Part shown: piece after piece, positions 36,377 through 46,121 of the stretch
Position numbering within the stretch: position 1 is the stretch's first letter
Layout: each line of letters starts with the position of its first letter
Assembly: GCA_046536795.1 (NCBI GenBank)
Contig: JAWDMB010000002.1
Span: 178,165-242,164, forward strand
Length of the DNA stretch: 64,000 bases
Reading direction: 5' to 3'
Origin: Candidatus Micrarchaeota archaeon
Lineage (GTDB): Archaea > Micrarchaeota > Micrarchaeia > Micrarchaeales > CABMGC01
Notes under the pieces: generated by a model
What the model saw: the letters and a program-made list of their open reading frames with translations, nothing else
Told to the model about the DNA's origin: nothing
The model's database searches: none
Made by a program: the position numbers and the translations under genes

Positions 36377-37696
36377 TTATATTATGGCACCATTCTTCTT
36401 AAGCAATGATTGAAGTTCCTTTATGTTTATCGATCTGGCAGGCTTTCTAGATGAAAGTGAGATATAAGAGGCTGTTGCCGCAGCCTGGCCCATTGCAAGA
36501 GCGGTTCCGCTTACTCTTGCACTTGCCTGTGCTTCAAATTCTGCACTAAAGCACCTTCCAACAGCAAAAAGATTGTCTACACCTTTTACCACTATCGACC
36601 TGTAAGGTATATGGTACCAAGAATCATCCCCACCATTCAAGTGTATGTAATATACCCCCAATTTAGGATCATGTATCTCTATTGGGTGACCACAACGCGC
36701 AATTGCATCTTCAAAGCGCTTATTTCCTAGTACGTCCTCTTTTGTAAGCACATACTCCCCAACAGCACGACGCGTTTCCCTAAACCCGACATATGGAGCT
36801 ATGTCCATTAGATAGGAATCTTCAAACCCAGGTATATTATTTTTCATGAAGTGAAATACAGAAATAGCCTGCCTACGCAGATCTTCTAGAATTGTAGATA
36901 TCTCCTTCCCATCTTCAAAGTTTATAATTGGAGCATGCGTTGCATTGCACACGAACTCTCCTTTACGTGAAGTATTGAATAAAAAGATGGTATCTGAATG
37001 AGGGAGATACAGCCTACCAGCCTTCTTGGCTGCGCTGATTAGTGGTTTCAAGATGTGAATGCGGTCTATAGACCCATCGCTGCGCAGTACAGCGTCTACA
37101 AGTGTTTTATGCTTATTCGCATACGCTATATATTCTCTTTCAGATACACCTCCAATTCTAAACGGCAGAGTCGTCTCCTGATGATAGCCAGCGCCTTCTT
37201 TGCCTGACATGGTGCTAAGGTTAATAAGGTGTGCAATGTCTGCATCTCCGCTTGCATCTACAAACATCCTGCCTTCTATAGACTTTAAACCGTTTTTGCC
37301 TGAAACCTTTACAGAATTAATTCTTTTACCACGCATGTTAACTCCAATAACAAGCGAACTAAAATAACAGTCGATACCTAATTCTTTTGCCATCGTGCCT
37401 AGCACGGTTGACATTTCCGCAGGCCTAAATGGCACAAAGTTGCCACTATGACCTATGGTGCCACCTGCTTTTTTAAGTCTGCTGATTATTTTATCTGCAA
37501 TTCCGCCAACGATCTTTGTCTTGCCTGAATAGGTGTACACTCCGAGTATTGAAAGAACGTATGCATTAGTCCAGTTGCCTCCAAGCATTCCATGGCGCTC
37601 TATAATTGCGGTTTTCATGCCAAGCTCAGCAGAAGAGAACGCAGCACCAATTCCCGCAGGACCTCCGCCCACAACCACAACATCGTACTTTGGCAT
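36377..37696 (-). CDS. FAD-dependent oxidoreductase
   Basis: Preferred start is MPKYDVVVVGGGPAGIGAA (GxGxxG). It resembles the FAD_oxidored/GidA-like family. Confidence 0.7.
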   Translation of the reverse strand: MPKYDVVVVGGGPAGIGAAFSSAELGMKTAIIERHGMLGGNWTNAYVLSILGVYTYSGKTKIVGGIADKIISRLKKAGGTIGHSGNFVPFRPAEMSTVLGTMAKELGIDCYFSSLVIGVNMRGKRINSVKVSGKNGLKSIEGRMFVDASGDADIAHLINLSTMSGKEGAGYHQETTLPFRIGGVSEREYIAYANKHKTLVDAVLRSDGSIDRIHILKPLISAAKKAGRLYLPHSDTIFLFNTSRKGEFVCNATHAPIINFEDGKEISTILEDLRRQAISVFHFMKNNIPGFEDSYLMDIAPYVGFRETRRAVGEYVLTKEDVLGNKRFEDAIARCGHPIEIHDPKLGVYYIHLNGGDDSWYHIPYRSIVVKGVDNLFAVGRCFSAEFEAQASARVSGTALAMGQAAATASYISLSSRKPARSINIKELQSLLKKNGAII

Positions 37697-37814
37697 GATA
37701 TACTTCCTAATACTAAAACTATAAATATTACGCTGGGCCGCAGGTAAAAAGTAAAAAGCGGTGCGTGAGGCCATTTTAGAAAGAAATAAGAAAAGTGAGT
37801 TCAATTTAAATATT

Positions 37815-38852
37815 ATGGAATATCACTTGAAGTGCACTAAATGTGGAGAAATTTATGATAGCAAAGAACCTTACCAAGAATGCCCTAAATGTGGCGGTCT
37901 GCTAGAAGTTATATATGAAGGCAAGCTTCCAAAATTAAGAAAGATAAGCTCCTTCTGGGATTTTGAGCCCTTTTTGCCAAAGGGCAAATACAAACATTTT
38001 GAGGTTGGCTTAACCAGAACAATCAGAATAAGCAATGACCTTTACTTAAAGCTTGAGATCGATAATCCAACACACTCTTTTAAGGATAGGGGCTCTGTTG
38101 TAGAGGTTGCAAAAGCCCATGAATATGGCTACGATGAAATAGTATGCGCCTCTACGGGCAATATGGCTTATTCATTAGCTTATTATGCAAAGACATATAA
38201 TATAAAGGCAAAGATCTTTGTAAGCAAAAATGTAAGCAAAGACAAGATGGAGTATATAAGGAAAACCCACGATGCTGATGTTACAAAGGTAAATGGTGAT
38301 TTTACATTAGCTCAGAAGCATGCAGAGGAGTATGCAAAGAGAAGGAATGCATTCTTAACTGGAGATTATTGCTATAGAAAAGAAGGGCAGAGGACTATAG
38401 CCTATGAGCTTTATGAATATAGGCCAGAGAATATTATAGTTCCTGTAGGGAATGCAACGCTTTTAAGTGGAATTTTAAAAGCGATAAATGAAATGCATAC
38501 TGCTAAGATGCTCAAAAAAATACCGAAGGTTATCGGTGTAGAATCTTCTCTTTGCAAGCCTTTATACGATGCGTTCAAAACAGGCAAGCTTGTTTATGAA
38601 AAACCCAGAACAAAAGCTGATGCAATAGCGGTTGGCTATCCAACATTTGGTATGCAGGCTATTGAATTGCTTAAGAAATTTAATGGTAGCTTAGCAATAG
38701 TGAGCGACAAGGAAATGATGGCTGAGCAAGCGTTTCTATACAAAAATTATGGTATAATAGCTGAGCTAGCAGGGGTTGCATCACTTGCGGCTTACAAAAA
38801 GCTTAAGCTAAAAGGAAGAAGTGTTGCAATAATAAGCGGTGGAAACGTTTAG
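37815..38852 (+). CDS. thrC: threonine synthase-like PLP enzyme with N-terminal zinc ribbon
   Basis: CTKCG..CPKCGG zinc ribbon, PLP lysine motif PTHSFKDRG and ASTGN. ATG 37815 is preferred. Confidence 0.75.
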   Translation: MEYHLKCTKCGEIYDSKEPYQECPKCGGLLEVIYEGKLPKLRKISSFWDFEPFLPKGKYKHFEVGLTRTIRISNDLYLKLEIDNPTHSFKDRGSVVEVAKAHEYGYDEIVCASTGNMAYSLAYYAKTYNIKAKIFVSKNVSKDKMEYIRKTHDADVTKVNGDFTLAQKHAEEYAKRRNAFLTGDYCYRKEGQRTIAYELYEYRPENIIVPVGNATLLSGILKAINEMHTAKMLKKIPKVIGVESSLCKPLYDAFKTGKLVYEKPRTKADAIAVGYPTFGMQAIELLKKFNGSLAIVSDKEMMAEQAFLYKNYGIIAELAGVASLAAYKKLKLKGRSVAIISGGNV

Positions 38853-40393
38853 AATATATAAAGTGCAAAAAATCTCATCAGCTTAACTATAAATCTATAC
38901 CAAGCACTGCTCTTTCTTTTAACATCTTTTACCAATGGCTTGTACTTCACTTTTTCTTCTGCTGTAAGCTTGCCCTCTTTAACTATCTCTGTCTTTTTAC
39001 CATCAACTATCTGTGTTTCTGTCTTGCTTACTATATCTTTTCTTACCATTGCATACCATTCATCTAAAGTGCTACCGTGAGCCTTTATCATGCGCAGGAA
39101 ATCCTTCATCTTTATCTTTCTTCTTCTACCTGTTCTATCTTCTTCAACAGCAGGTATGAGGGCAGCCTTATCGCATATAGCGGCGATGTCCGCTTGTGAG
39201 AAGCCCATTGTTGCCCTTGCAAGCCTACCAAAATTAATACGCCCTATAGGCATATTCCTTGTATTGTAGATAAATGCGGCCTTCCTTGCCCTATAGTCTG
39301 GTGGTGGTATATATATTGCTTCTCCAAACCTTCCACTCCTCTTTAGTGCTGGATCTATATCCCAAGGTGCGTTAGTTGCACCTATAACGAATATACCCTC
39401 TGGGTTTTTCTCTACACCATCCATCTCCTGCAAAAACTGATTTACAGCCATACGCATATAGCTTTGCGTCTCGCCACCACCTTCTCTTTTCATTCCAAGT
39501 GCATCGAGCTCATCGAAGAATATAATGCAAGGTGTATTCTTTCTGGCTTGTTCGAAGATTGCATGCATATTTTTTTCTGTATTTCCAGCATACATATCTA
39601 CTATTTCATTTATTCTTGCTATTATTACATTTGCATTTGTCTCTCCAGCTATTGCATTTATAAGGTAGGTCTTTCCATTTCCTGGTGGGCCATAGAATAA
39701 TACGCCCAAGCCAAGCTTCTTTCCATAAGCCCTAAGCAGCTCTGGTTTCTTAATCGCAAGTATAATATTCTCATAAATAAGCTCCTTTACCTTTTCCATA
39801 TCTGCTACGTCTTTGAATGTCATCTTTGACTTGTGCCACTTTGTCTGCTTTATCTGGCCCTCTTGTATTATCGTTTCTCCACCTTCCTCCTCTTTCTTTT
39901 CACTCGTCTTTGCCCCCTCTATTGTTTCCTCAGCTAACTTTGGTATAGGGCCTGCCATCTTCTGCTTGAGCTGCTCGAGCCTCATTCTTGCTGGCTCGTA
40001 GTTTGGATTCTTTGAAAGCGCTTTTTCATACCACTCTTTTGCACCTTCGTAATCATGCTGATACTCACTTATTATACCAAGCACATAAGGAGCATCATAG
40101 CTATCTGGCTCCATCTTTAAAACATAGTCGATATCACGTATTGCTTCGTCATACCTATTTAGTATTGCATAGCTGAGCGCCCTGTTAAAATAAGCGCTTG
40201 AATAACTTGGATCGATCTTTATCGCCTGTGTGTAAAGATCTATTGCTTCCTCAAACTTGTTTGCTTCGAACTGCTCGTTCGCCTTTTGGTAAAGCTCTTT
40301 TGCAAGCGGGTTTACTTCTTTTCCTTTTCTACCGCCACTCTCTTTGTTTTCATTTTTTCCACTGCTATTTTCATATTCGTCCATTTCTATCAC
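38849..40393 (-). CDS. TPR-repeat AAA+ ATPase
   Basis: Three TPR units (AIDLYTQAIKIDPSYSSAYFNRALSY..) precede an AAA module with GPPGNGKTY, IIFFDELDA and a second region of homology. Confidence 0.8.
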   Translation of the reverse strand: MIEMDEYENSSGKNENKESGGRKGKEVNPLAKELYQKANEQFEANKFEEAIDLYTQAIKIDPSYSSAYFNRALSYAILNRYDEAIRDIDYVLKMEPDSYDAPYVLGIISEYQHDYEGAKEWYEKALSKNPNYEPARMRLEQLKQKMAGPIPKLAEETIEGAKTSEKKEEEGGETIIQEGQIKQTKWHKSKMTFKDVADMEKVKELIYENIILAIKKPELLRAYGKKLGLGVLFYGPPGNGKTYLINAIAGETNANVIIARINEIVDMYAGNTEKNMHAIFEQARKNTPCIIFFDELDALGMKREGGGETQSYMRMAVNQFLQEMDGVEKNPEGIFVIGATNAPWDIDPALKRSGRFGEAIYIPPPDYRARKAAFIYNTRNMPIGRINFGRLARATMGFSQADIAAICDKAALIPAVEEDRTGRRRKIKMKDFLRMIKAHGSTLDEWYAMVRKDIVSKTETQIVDGKKTEIVKEGKLTAEEKVKYKPLVKDVKRKSSAWYRFIVKLMRFFALYIF

Positions 40394-40854
40394 AGGCTGA
40401 GCTTAGACTGTTTATTATTACCCTTATTCTTTATTATATTATCTTCCATTTCATCTAAAAATCTATTTAGTTCTCTGTCTACCATTGCTATGTATCTATT
40501 CTCTCTTTTTGCATTTTGAAATTTACAGCTTTTGAATTTCCCCGCCAACTCGATTACCCTTTTATTAAGTTCCTTTAGATGCTTCTCCTTAACCTTGTAT
40601 AAGCCGTTTATCTGCTTTACAGCCACTTCGCTGTCTGAAGTAAGCGTTATGTTGTTTTCATAGCCGTAAAGCTTTGCCACCTTTTCTAATGCGGCTATTA
40701 TCGCCATGTATTCTGCGAAATTATTTGTTTTTCTGCCATTGTAGAACACTTCTTTTAAAAGAGGCTTATTTGAGCTATCTAGAATTAAATAACCCGAAGC
40801 GCTTTTGCCAGGGTTTCCTCTTGATGCACCATCTGTATAAATGTAAATATCCAT
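40390..40854 (-). CDS. rnhA: ribonuclease HI
   Basis: IYTDGASRGNPG..SGYLI, with E in NNFAEYMAII and D in TSDSEV. This is the type 1 RNase H active-site pattern. Confidence 0.8.
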   Translation of the reverse strand: MDIYIYTDGASRGNPGKSASGYLILDSSNKPLLKEVFYNGRKTNNFAEYMAIIAALEKVAKLYGYENNITLTSDSEVAVKQINGLYKVKEKHLKELNKRVIELAGKFKSCKFQNAKRENRYIAMVDRELNRFLDEMEDNIIKNKGNNKQSKLSL

Positions 40855-40918
40855 TCAATCTATAAGATTAAAAACATGCTATTATAAAATCTTTCTTATC
40901 AAAATAAAGATTGAGAAT

Positions 40919-41404
40919 ATGAGTGCAAAAGCACAGAGCGCTATAGAATACCTTACCACATACAGCTGGGCGATATTGGTAATGGCAGTTATTCTTGTTG
41001 CACTGTATTCTCTCGGCCTATTTAACCCAGGTACATTTGCAGGCCAAGAATGCTTGTTACCGGCAGGGCTAAGCTGCACAAACTTTAACCTTGCACCTAA
41101 CGGTCTTCTTACATTAAATCTACTTCAGGTAACACAATCGCCCATAAATGTAACAGCAATAGGTTGCACATCGAATCAAACAACAGCAAATATGCAAACA
41201 CCTTATAATCCACCATCAAATCAAATTTACATGCCAATAGGTTCAAACTACACTTTTACACTATACTGCTACAGTGGCAATGGTATTATATATACAGGAA
41301 AGCCTGGAAGTTTATATAACGGCTATCTAATAATAAATTATACCTCTACAACTACAGGGTTCCCACATATAGTGACAGGCCAGATAATAGTAAAGGTTAG
41401 CTAA
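40919..41404 (+). CDS. archaeal type IV pilin-like protein, candidate major pilin, paralog 2
   Basis: MSAKA|QSAIEYLTTYSWAILVMAVIL. It shares PINVTAIGC..N.T..NMQTPYNPPSNQIY.PIG with 21099-21593. Confidence 0.7.
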   Translation: MSAKAQSAIEYLTTYSWAILVMAVILVALYSLGLFNPGTFAGQECLLPAGLSCTNFNLAPNGLLTLNLLQVTQSPINVTAIGCTSNQTTANMQTPYNPPSNQIYMPIGSNYTFTLYCYSGNGIIYTGKPGSLYNGYLIINYTSTTTGFPHIVTGQIIVKVS

Positions 41405-41421
41405 CTATTCTAACCACATAT

Positions 41422-42159
41422 TCATGGAACTATCTTTTTTAAATCTGCTACCCTGCCAAAATCAAGAGTTTCTCCTTCTGCTATGCATAGTGCACGCATC
41501 GAATCTATGTCAAGTTTTGTAAAAATAGGGGCTATTTCTGATACATTTTCTAGATTAACAGATACCCCTTCTGCAAAATAATTCATCGCAGGCAATATTA
41601 GTATTTTTCTCTGCCCATAATCACCAATTAAGTAGCACTTTAGCTTCTCTTTCGCGCCCACTTCAGTATATAATGTGATTGCGGGATGCAAATGACCCAT
41701 TATAAGCCATTTGCCACCTTCTGTTCTTGGCAATTGTTCACCGTGAAAGAAGAGATAATCACCTATAAGAGCCTCTTGCTTGTATATCTTTATATCTAGG
41801 GCGCCCTTTAGCCTATCTACAAAGTTATCATGATTGCCTTTTATCAAGATAATTTCCTTTATACCCAATTCCCTTAGAAAATTAACAAACTCATAAAGTT
41901 CATTAAATTCTTCAACATGAACCTTTGAGAATTCGTTTTTAATATCACCGTCCACTATTATTCTAGCGGGCTTTCTTTCGTTAACCGCATTGGCGATCAG
42001 CTCCTTTATCTTTTTTAAGTTTATCTTAGGCAAGAATATTCCGTTTTCAGCCATCACGCCTTCGTAGCCAAGATGCAGGTCAGAACACACGATAGCTGAT
42101 AAATTTTTTATGTATATGATAGGCGTTCCGTCGATAATCTCAATCTCGCCAAGATCCAT
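41422..42159 (-). CDS. metallophosphoesterase (MPE/PdeM-like), Lhr-associated
   Basis: Calcineurin-like motifs DLHLG, GDIKNEF, GNHD and GHLHP. The stop of lhr lies 2 nt before its start. Confidence 0.7.
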   Translation of the reverse strand: MDLGEIEIIDGTPIIYIKNLSAIVCSDLHLGYEGVMAENGIFLPKINLKKIKELIANAVNERKPARIIVDGDIKNEFSKVHVEEFNELYEFVNFLRELGIKEIILIKGNHDNFVDRLKGALDIKIYKQEALIGDYLFFHGEQLPRTEGGKWLIMGHLHPAITLYTEVGAKEKLKCYLIGDYGQRKILILPAMNYFAEGVSVNLENVSEIAPIFTKLDIDSMRALCIAEGETLDFGRVADLKKIVP

Positions 42160-42160
42160 T

Positions 42161-44785
42161 TTAACCCCGATTTATCAGTTTAAGGACTTGATTATGCAAC
42201 TCCTTTATGCGCTTTCTTCTATCTTTCATCATTACTATATCTGCCTCGCCAAATGTAAGCATAAGGTGCGAGAATGGAGAGGGTACGCGCGTTTTTATTA
42301 TCTTGTACTTTATTGTACCATTCTCGATCTCTTTTAATATCTCTTTAGCCCTTGGTAAATCCATAACATCTTCGAGTATCTCCCTATATGTCTCTTTTAA
42401 TATAGGAAAGTTTGGATTCATTTCCTCTACTGCGGTAAGAAGGGACTGAGCATTAAACTGCTGCTTATTAACACTTATTTTCTGACCCTTGTAATTTCTA
42501 AGTACCATAAAGCTTCTTGCTGCGCAATGCCTGAATCTCCTTTTCATCATTTCAGTTCTTCTTATGTTTTCCTTTAGTAATCTTGTTACATCAAGCTTAA
42601 CAATTTTTGAGAAGATCTCAATAATTGAATTTTCTTCTACCTCAGCTTGCAATGAGAGCACAAAGCCGTTATCGCTAATCATTACGCCAATGTCTTCACC
42701 ATAATATTCGCCAAGCAATATGGCAAATATTCTTGAAAGTGCATCGTTAACGCGTCTGCCGTACAATGCATTGAAGATTATATAGTTTAATTTGGTTTTT
42801 GTATCACGTGTTATCTCTATAAGTATAAACCTGTCATTAGGTACATACTTTGCATATAATATCTGCTCGACAAAATACTGCAATATAGATTTTTTGGCAT
42901 TTTCGTCAGCGGGTAATTCGTCAAGTATTTTGTTTACTTCATCTGATTTTAAGCCTTTCAGCGCCAGTGTCTTCTTACGCGGCAAAGCCCTCTCTATCGC
43001 ATTTGCAAGTCTCTCCCTGAACTTGCCTATCTCAATCGCAAGTTCGTAGCTTAAAGGAAGCTGCTCGGAGAACCATGGTGGTATTGTTGGATATTTACTC
43101 TCTGCCCTGCTAACAAAACACTTCATTCCTCGCGCATACTCAAATCTATATAGTCTGCCTCCAAGAACAAAAATGTCGTTAGGCTTGAGCCTTGCAAGGA
43201 ATTCTTCTTCTATGCTTCCTATCCATCTCTTGCCTTCATAAACATCTACAGCAACCTCGTCAGGTATTGTGCCCAGATTAAGATAATATATTATCTTTGT
43301 ATATTTGCCGCGCCTTCCAAAAGTACCTTCCTTTTCATCATACCATATCTTTCCATAAACTCTTCTACTTTCTAAGCCAACGTAGCTTCCAGAAAGATAT
43401 TCAAGTAATGCAATAAAGTCACTCTTCTGCAGATTGTGGTAAGGATAAGCATTCCTTACAAGTTTATATGCATCATCAACCTTCCATTTCTTTGTCAGGG
43501 ACATACCAACAATATGTTGTGCTAGTACATCAAGTGCATTCATAGGCGTTGAGAATTTGTCAAGAAGTTTTTTATTTGCACTATATAGCATTACAGAGCA
43601 TTCAACAAGATCATCTCTATTAACTACAATTATCTCTCCTCTTGCAACATCATAAAATTTGTGCCCACTTCTGCCAATCCTTTGTATGGCTCTTGTTATA
43701 CTTTTTGGCGAGCCTAGCTGTACTACATTGTCAATGTAACCTATATCTATACCAAGTTCAAGGCTTGTCGAAGAGACCACGCATTTCAGCGAACCTTTCT
43801 TTAACATATCTTCTACGCCAAGCCTTATCTCTCTTGAAAGTGAACCGTGGTGTGCCGCAAGCTCTTGCTCGGTGTATTTGAACCTCTTCATTAGATTGAA
43901 CACTACACGCTCTGTGCCACTTCTTGTGTTTGTAAATACAAGCGTCGTTTTATTTTTCTTTATAATGTTATCTAGGATCTTGTATATTGCGCTCTCTATC
44001 TTCTCATCGCTAGTATTGATTATATCTTTTACTGGACATATTGTTGTAAACTCCATCTTCTTGTCCCATGTTGCATCAACAATGTAACATTCTCTTTCAA
44101 CATCATTATTATAGCCAACAAGAAATCTAGCCGCTTCCTCCAAAGGATAAATGGTTGCACCTAAACCTATTCTTACAAAATCATGCCCACAAAGATCGAC
44201 AAGTCTTTCTATAGAAAGAGAGAGATGAACGCCTCTCTTGTTGTTTGCAAGTTCATGTAGCTCATCAATTACTATGTATTTAAGGTCCTTAAGGCTCTCT
44301 GAGAATTTGCTTGCATTTAACAATATCGCAAGGCTCTCTGGCGTGGTAACAAGAATGTTTGGCGGATGCTTTAGTTGCATCTGCCTTTCTTTCTGCTCAG
44401 TGTCGCCTGTCCTGATACCTATTGTTATCTTTCTATCGACATTGAATTCACTATATATTTCTTCGAGTGGCTTGCTTAAGTTCCTGTATATATCATTATT
44501 AAGCGCCCTAAGTGGAGAAACGTATATGCAATATACCTTCTCTTCAAGCTTGCCGCTCTCTGCAAGATCCATAAGTTCGCTTAATATGGCCATGAATGCA
44601 GAAAAAGTCTTTCCGCTGCCTGTTGGTGCTGTTATAAGCACATTCTTACCTAGCCTTATAAGCTTGAAAGAGTAATATTGAGGTGGTGTAAGCTCCTTAA
44701 AATGCTCTTTAAACCACTTCCTTATTTTAGGATTTAGCGCTTCAAGGCTCTCTTCTTCGCTAAAACGCTGAGCATATTGTATCAT
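42161..44785 (-). CDS. lhr: Lhr-like DEXH-box helicase
   Basis: Walker A APTGSGKT, DEXH box VIDELHEL, helicase C motifs (RIGRSGH) and a long Lhr-type C-terminal extension. ATG 44785 is preferred over the track start. Confidence 0.85.
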   Translation of the reverse strand: MIQYAQRFSEEESLEALNPKIRKWFKEHFKELTPPQYYSFKLIRLGKNVLITAPTGSGKTFSAFMAILSELMDLAESGKLEEKVYCIYVSPLRALNNDIYRNLSKPLEEIYSEFNVDRKITIGIRTGDTEQKERQMQLKHPPNILVTTPESLAILLNASKFSESLKDLKYIVIDELHELANNKRGVHLSLSIERLVDLCGHDFVRIGLGATIYPLEEAARFLVGYNNDVERECYIVDATWDKKMEFTTICPVKDIINTSDEKIESAIYKILDNIIKKNKTTLVFTNTRSGTERVVFNLMKRFKYTEQELAAHHGSLSREIRLGVEDMLKKGSLKCVVSSTSLELGIDIGYIDNVVQLGSPKSITRAIQRIGRSGHKFYDVARGEIIVVNRDDLVECSVMLYSANKKLLDKFSTPMNALDVLAQHIVGMSLTKKWKVDDAYKLVRNAYPYHNLQKSDFIALLEYLSGSYVGLESRRVYGKIWYDEKEGTFGRRGKYTKIIYYLNLGTIPDEVAVDVYEGKRWIGSIEEEFLARLKPNDIFVLGGRLYRFEYARGMKCFVSRAESKYPTIPPWFSEQLPLSYELAIEIGKFRERLANAIERALPRKKTLALKGLKSDEVNKILDELPADENAKKSILQYFVEQILYAKYVPNDRFILIEITRDTKTKLNYIIFNALYGRRVNDALSRIFAILLGEYYGEDIGVMISDNGFVLSLQAEVEENSIIEIFSKIVKLDVTRLLKENIRRTEMMKRRFRHCAARSFMVLRNYKGQKISVNKQQFNAQSLLTAVEEMNPNFPILKETYREILEDVMDLPRAKEILKEIENGTIKYKIIKTRVPSPFSHLMLTFGEADIVMMKDRRKRIKELHNQVLKLINRG

Positions 44786-44863
44786 ACAACCATTCTTCGC
44801 AAAATTAGACAGCAAAACTATATAAATTATGCCAATTAAATATATAATCCTAGTGGTAGGAGC

Positions 44864-45127
44864 ATGGCAGCAAAAGATATTAAGAAAAGGCTCGAACAAT
44901 TCAAGAAAACACAGGATATAAACAAGATTTTAAAGGAAGGAAATATAGAATCACAGGCGTTGATAGAGAGTGCGGGCGAGGATAGGCCGGCTGAGGCAAG
45001 CCACGCTTATGATTTAATAAATAGAAGTAGCAATGTAAGCTTAAACGAATCATATATCAGTGAAAATGAAAGAAAAATAAAAAGAGCAACAAAAGTAAAA
45101 AAGTCAAAGAAAAAGGGAGCGAAGTAA
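44864..45127 (+). CDS. small Lys-rich hypothetical protein
   Basis: 87-aa ORF with a basic C-terminus. No motif. Confidence 0.3.
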   Translation: MAAKDIKKRLEQFKKTQDINKILKEGNIESQALIESAGEDRPAEASHAYDLINRSSNVSLNESYISENERKIKRATKVKKSKKKGAK

Positions 45128-45185
45128 TTCTCGAGCTTGAGCATTTTTAGAAAGAGATAAATAGCTTGAAGGCTAATCCATTTTT

Positions 45186-46118
45186 ATGTACACCACAATA
45201 AAACCCCAAAAGTTAAAGGAAGGTAGCACAATAAGGATTGTAGCACCAGCATGGGCACCCGATATTAAAAACCTTTCAAAAGGCATAGATGTTCTTAGGC
45301 AGATGGGTTTTAAGATTAGCCTTGGAAAAAATATAAAGAGGCTTGCACAAATATCTTATCTTTCAGCGCCAGACAAAGATCGCGCAAGCGAACTAATAGA
45401 AGCTTTCAAAGATGATAGTGTAGATGCTATATTCTGCGGAAGTGGAGGTTATGGGTCAATGAGGATTTTGCCTTATCTAGATTTTGATGTTATTAAAGAG
45501 CACCCGAAGATTTTTGTTGGTTATAGCGATATTACCGCGCTTCATGTAGCAATAAACAATTTTGCACATCTTATAACATTTCATGGTCCGATGCCTGGAG
45601 CTGATTTTGAAGAGATAAAGAAACCGAGCTTTAAAGAGTTTATAAGTATATTAAAAGGAGAGAGCAATGACATAAATCCGCCTCCAGAAAGGATTATAAA
45701 ATATATAATAAGTGGCAAAACAACAGGAGTTAGTATGGGCACAAACTTTTCTCTAATAGCATCACTCGTTGGCACAAAATACTTCAAGGAAGCAAAAGGT
45801 AAGATACTTTTCTTAGAAGATGTTAACACAACAGCATGGGATATAGATCGCTACTTTACGACACTTAACTTAGCGGGCCTATTACAAGATTTTGAAGGCT
45901 TTGTTTTTGGCGATTTTACAGACATTCCAAAAACAGAAGACGCAACGCCAATGATAGAAGAGATCGTTCAATACCACGTTACTCTTTCAAATAAGCCTGG
46001 ACTTTATGGAATGCCATTCGGGCATGGTGATGAACAGATGCTTATTCCGCTCAATGCAAAGATGAGCATCTCATCTGAACCACCATATTTGGAGCTACTA
46101 GAAAACGTTGTTGAATAA
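45186..46118 (+). CDS. LD-carboxypeptidase / MccF-like serine peptidase (S66 family)
   Basis: GYSDITALH (nucleophile Ser), FLEDV (Glu) and FGHG (His) in the S66 order. Confidence 0.75.
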   Translation: MYTTIKPQKLKEGSTIRIVAPAWAPDIKNLSKGIDVLRQMGFKISLGKNIKRLAQISYLSAPDKDRASELIEAFKDDSVDAIFCGSGGYGSMRILPYLDFDVIKEHPKIFVGYSDITALHVAINNFAHLITFHGPMPGADFEEIKKPSFKEFISILKGESNDINPPPERIIKYIISGKTTGVSMGTNFSLIASLVGTKYFKEAKGKILFLEDVNTTAWDIDRYFTTLNLAGLLQDFEGFVFGDFTDIPKTEDATPMIEEIVQYHVTLSNKPGLYGMPFGHGDEQMLIPLNAKMSISSEPPYLELLENVVE

Positions 46119-46121
46119 AAA

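Noticed and set aside
41422-42159. The metallophosphoesterase as the missing Mre11 partner of Rad50.
   Set aside because: At 245 aa it lacks the Mre11 capping and Rad50-binding regions. It is translationally linked to lhr and lies 16 kb from rad50. It fits the Lhr-associated MPE type better.
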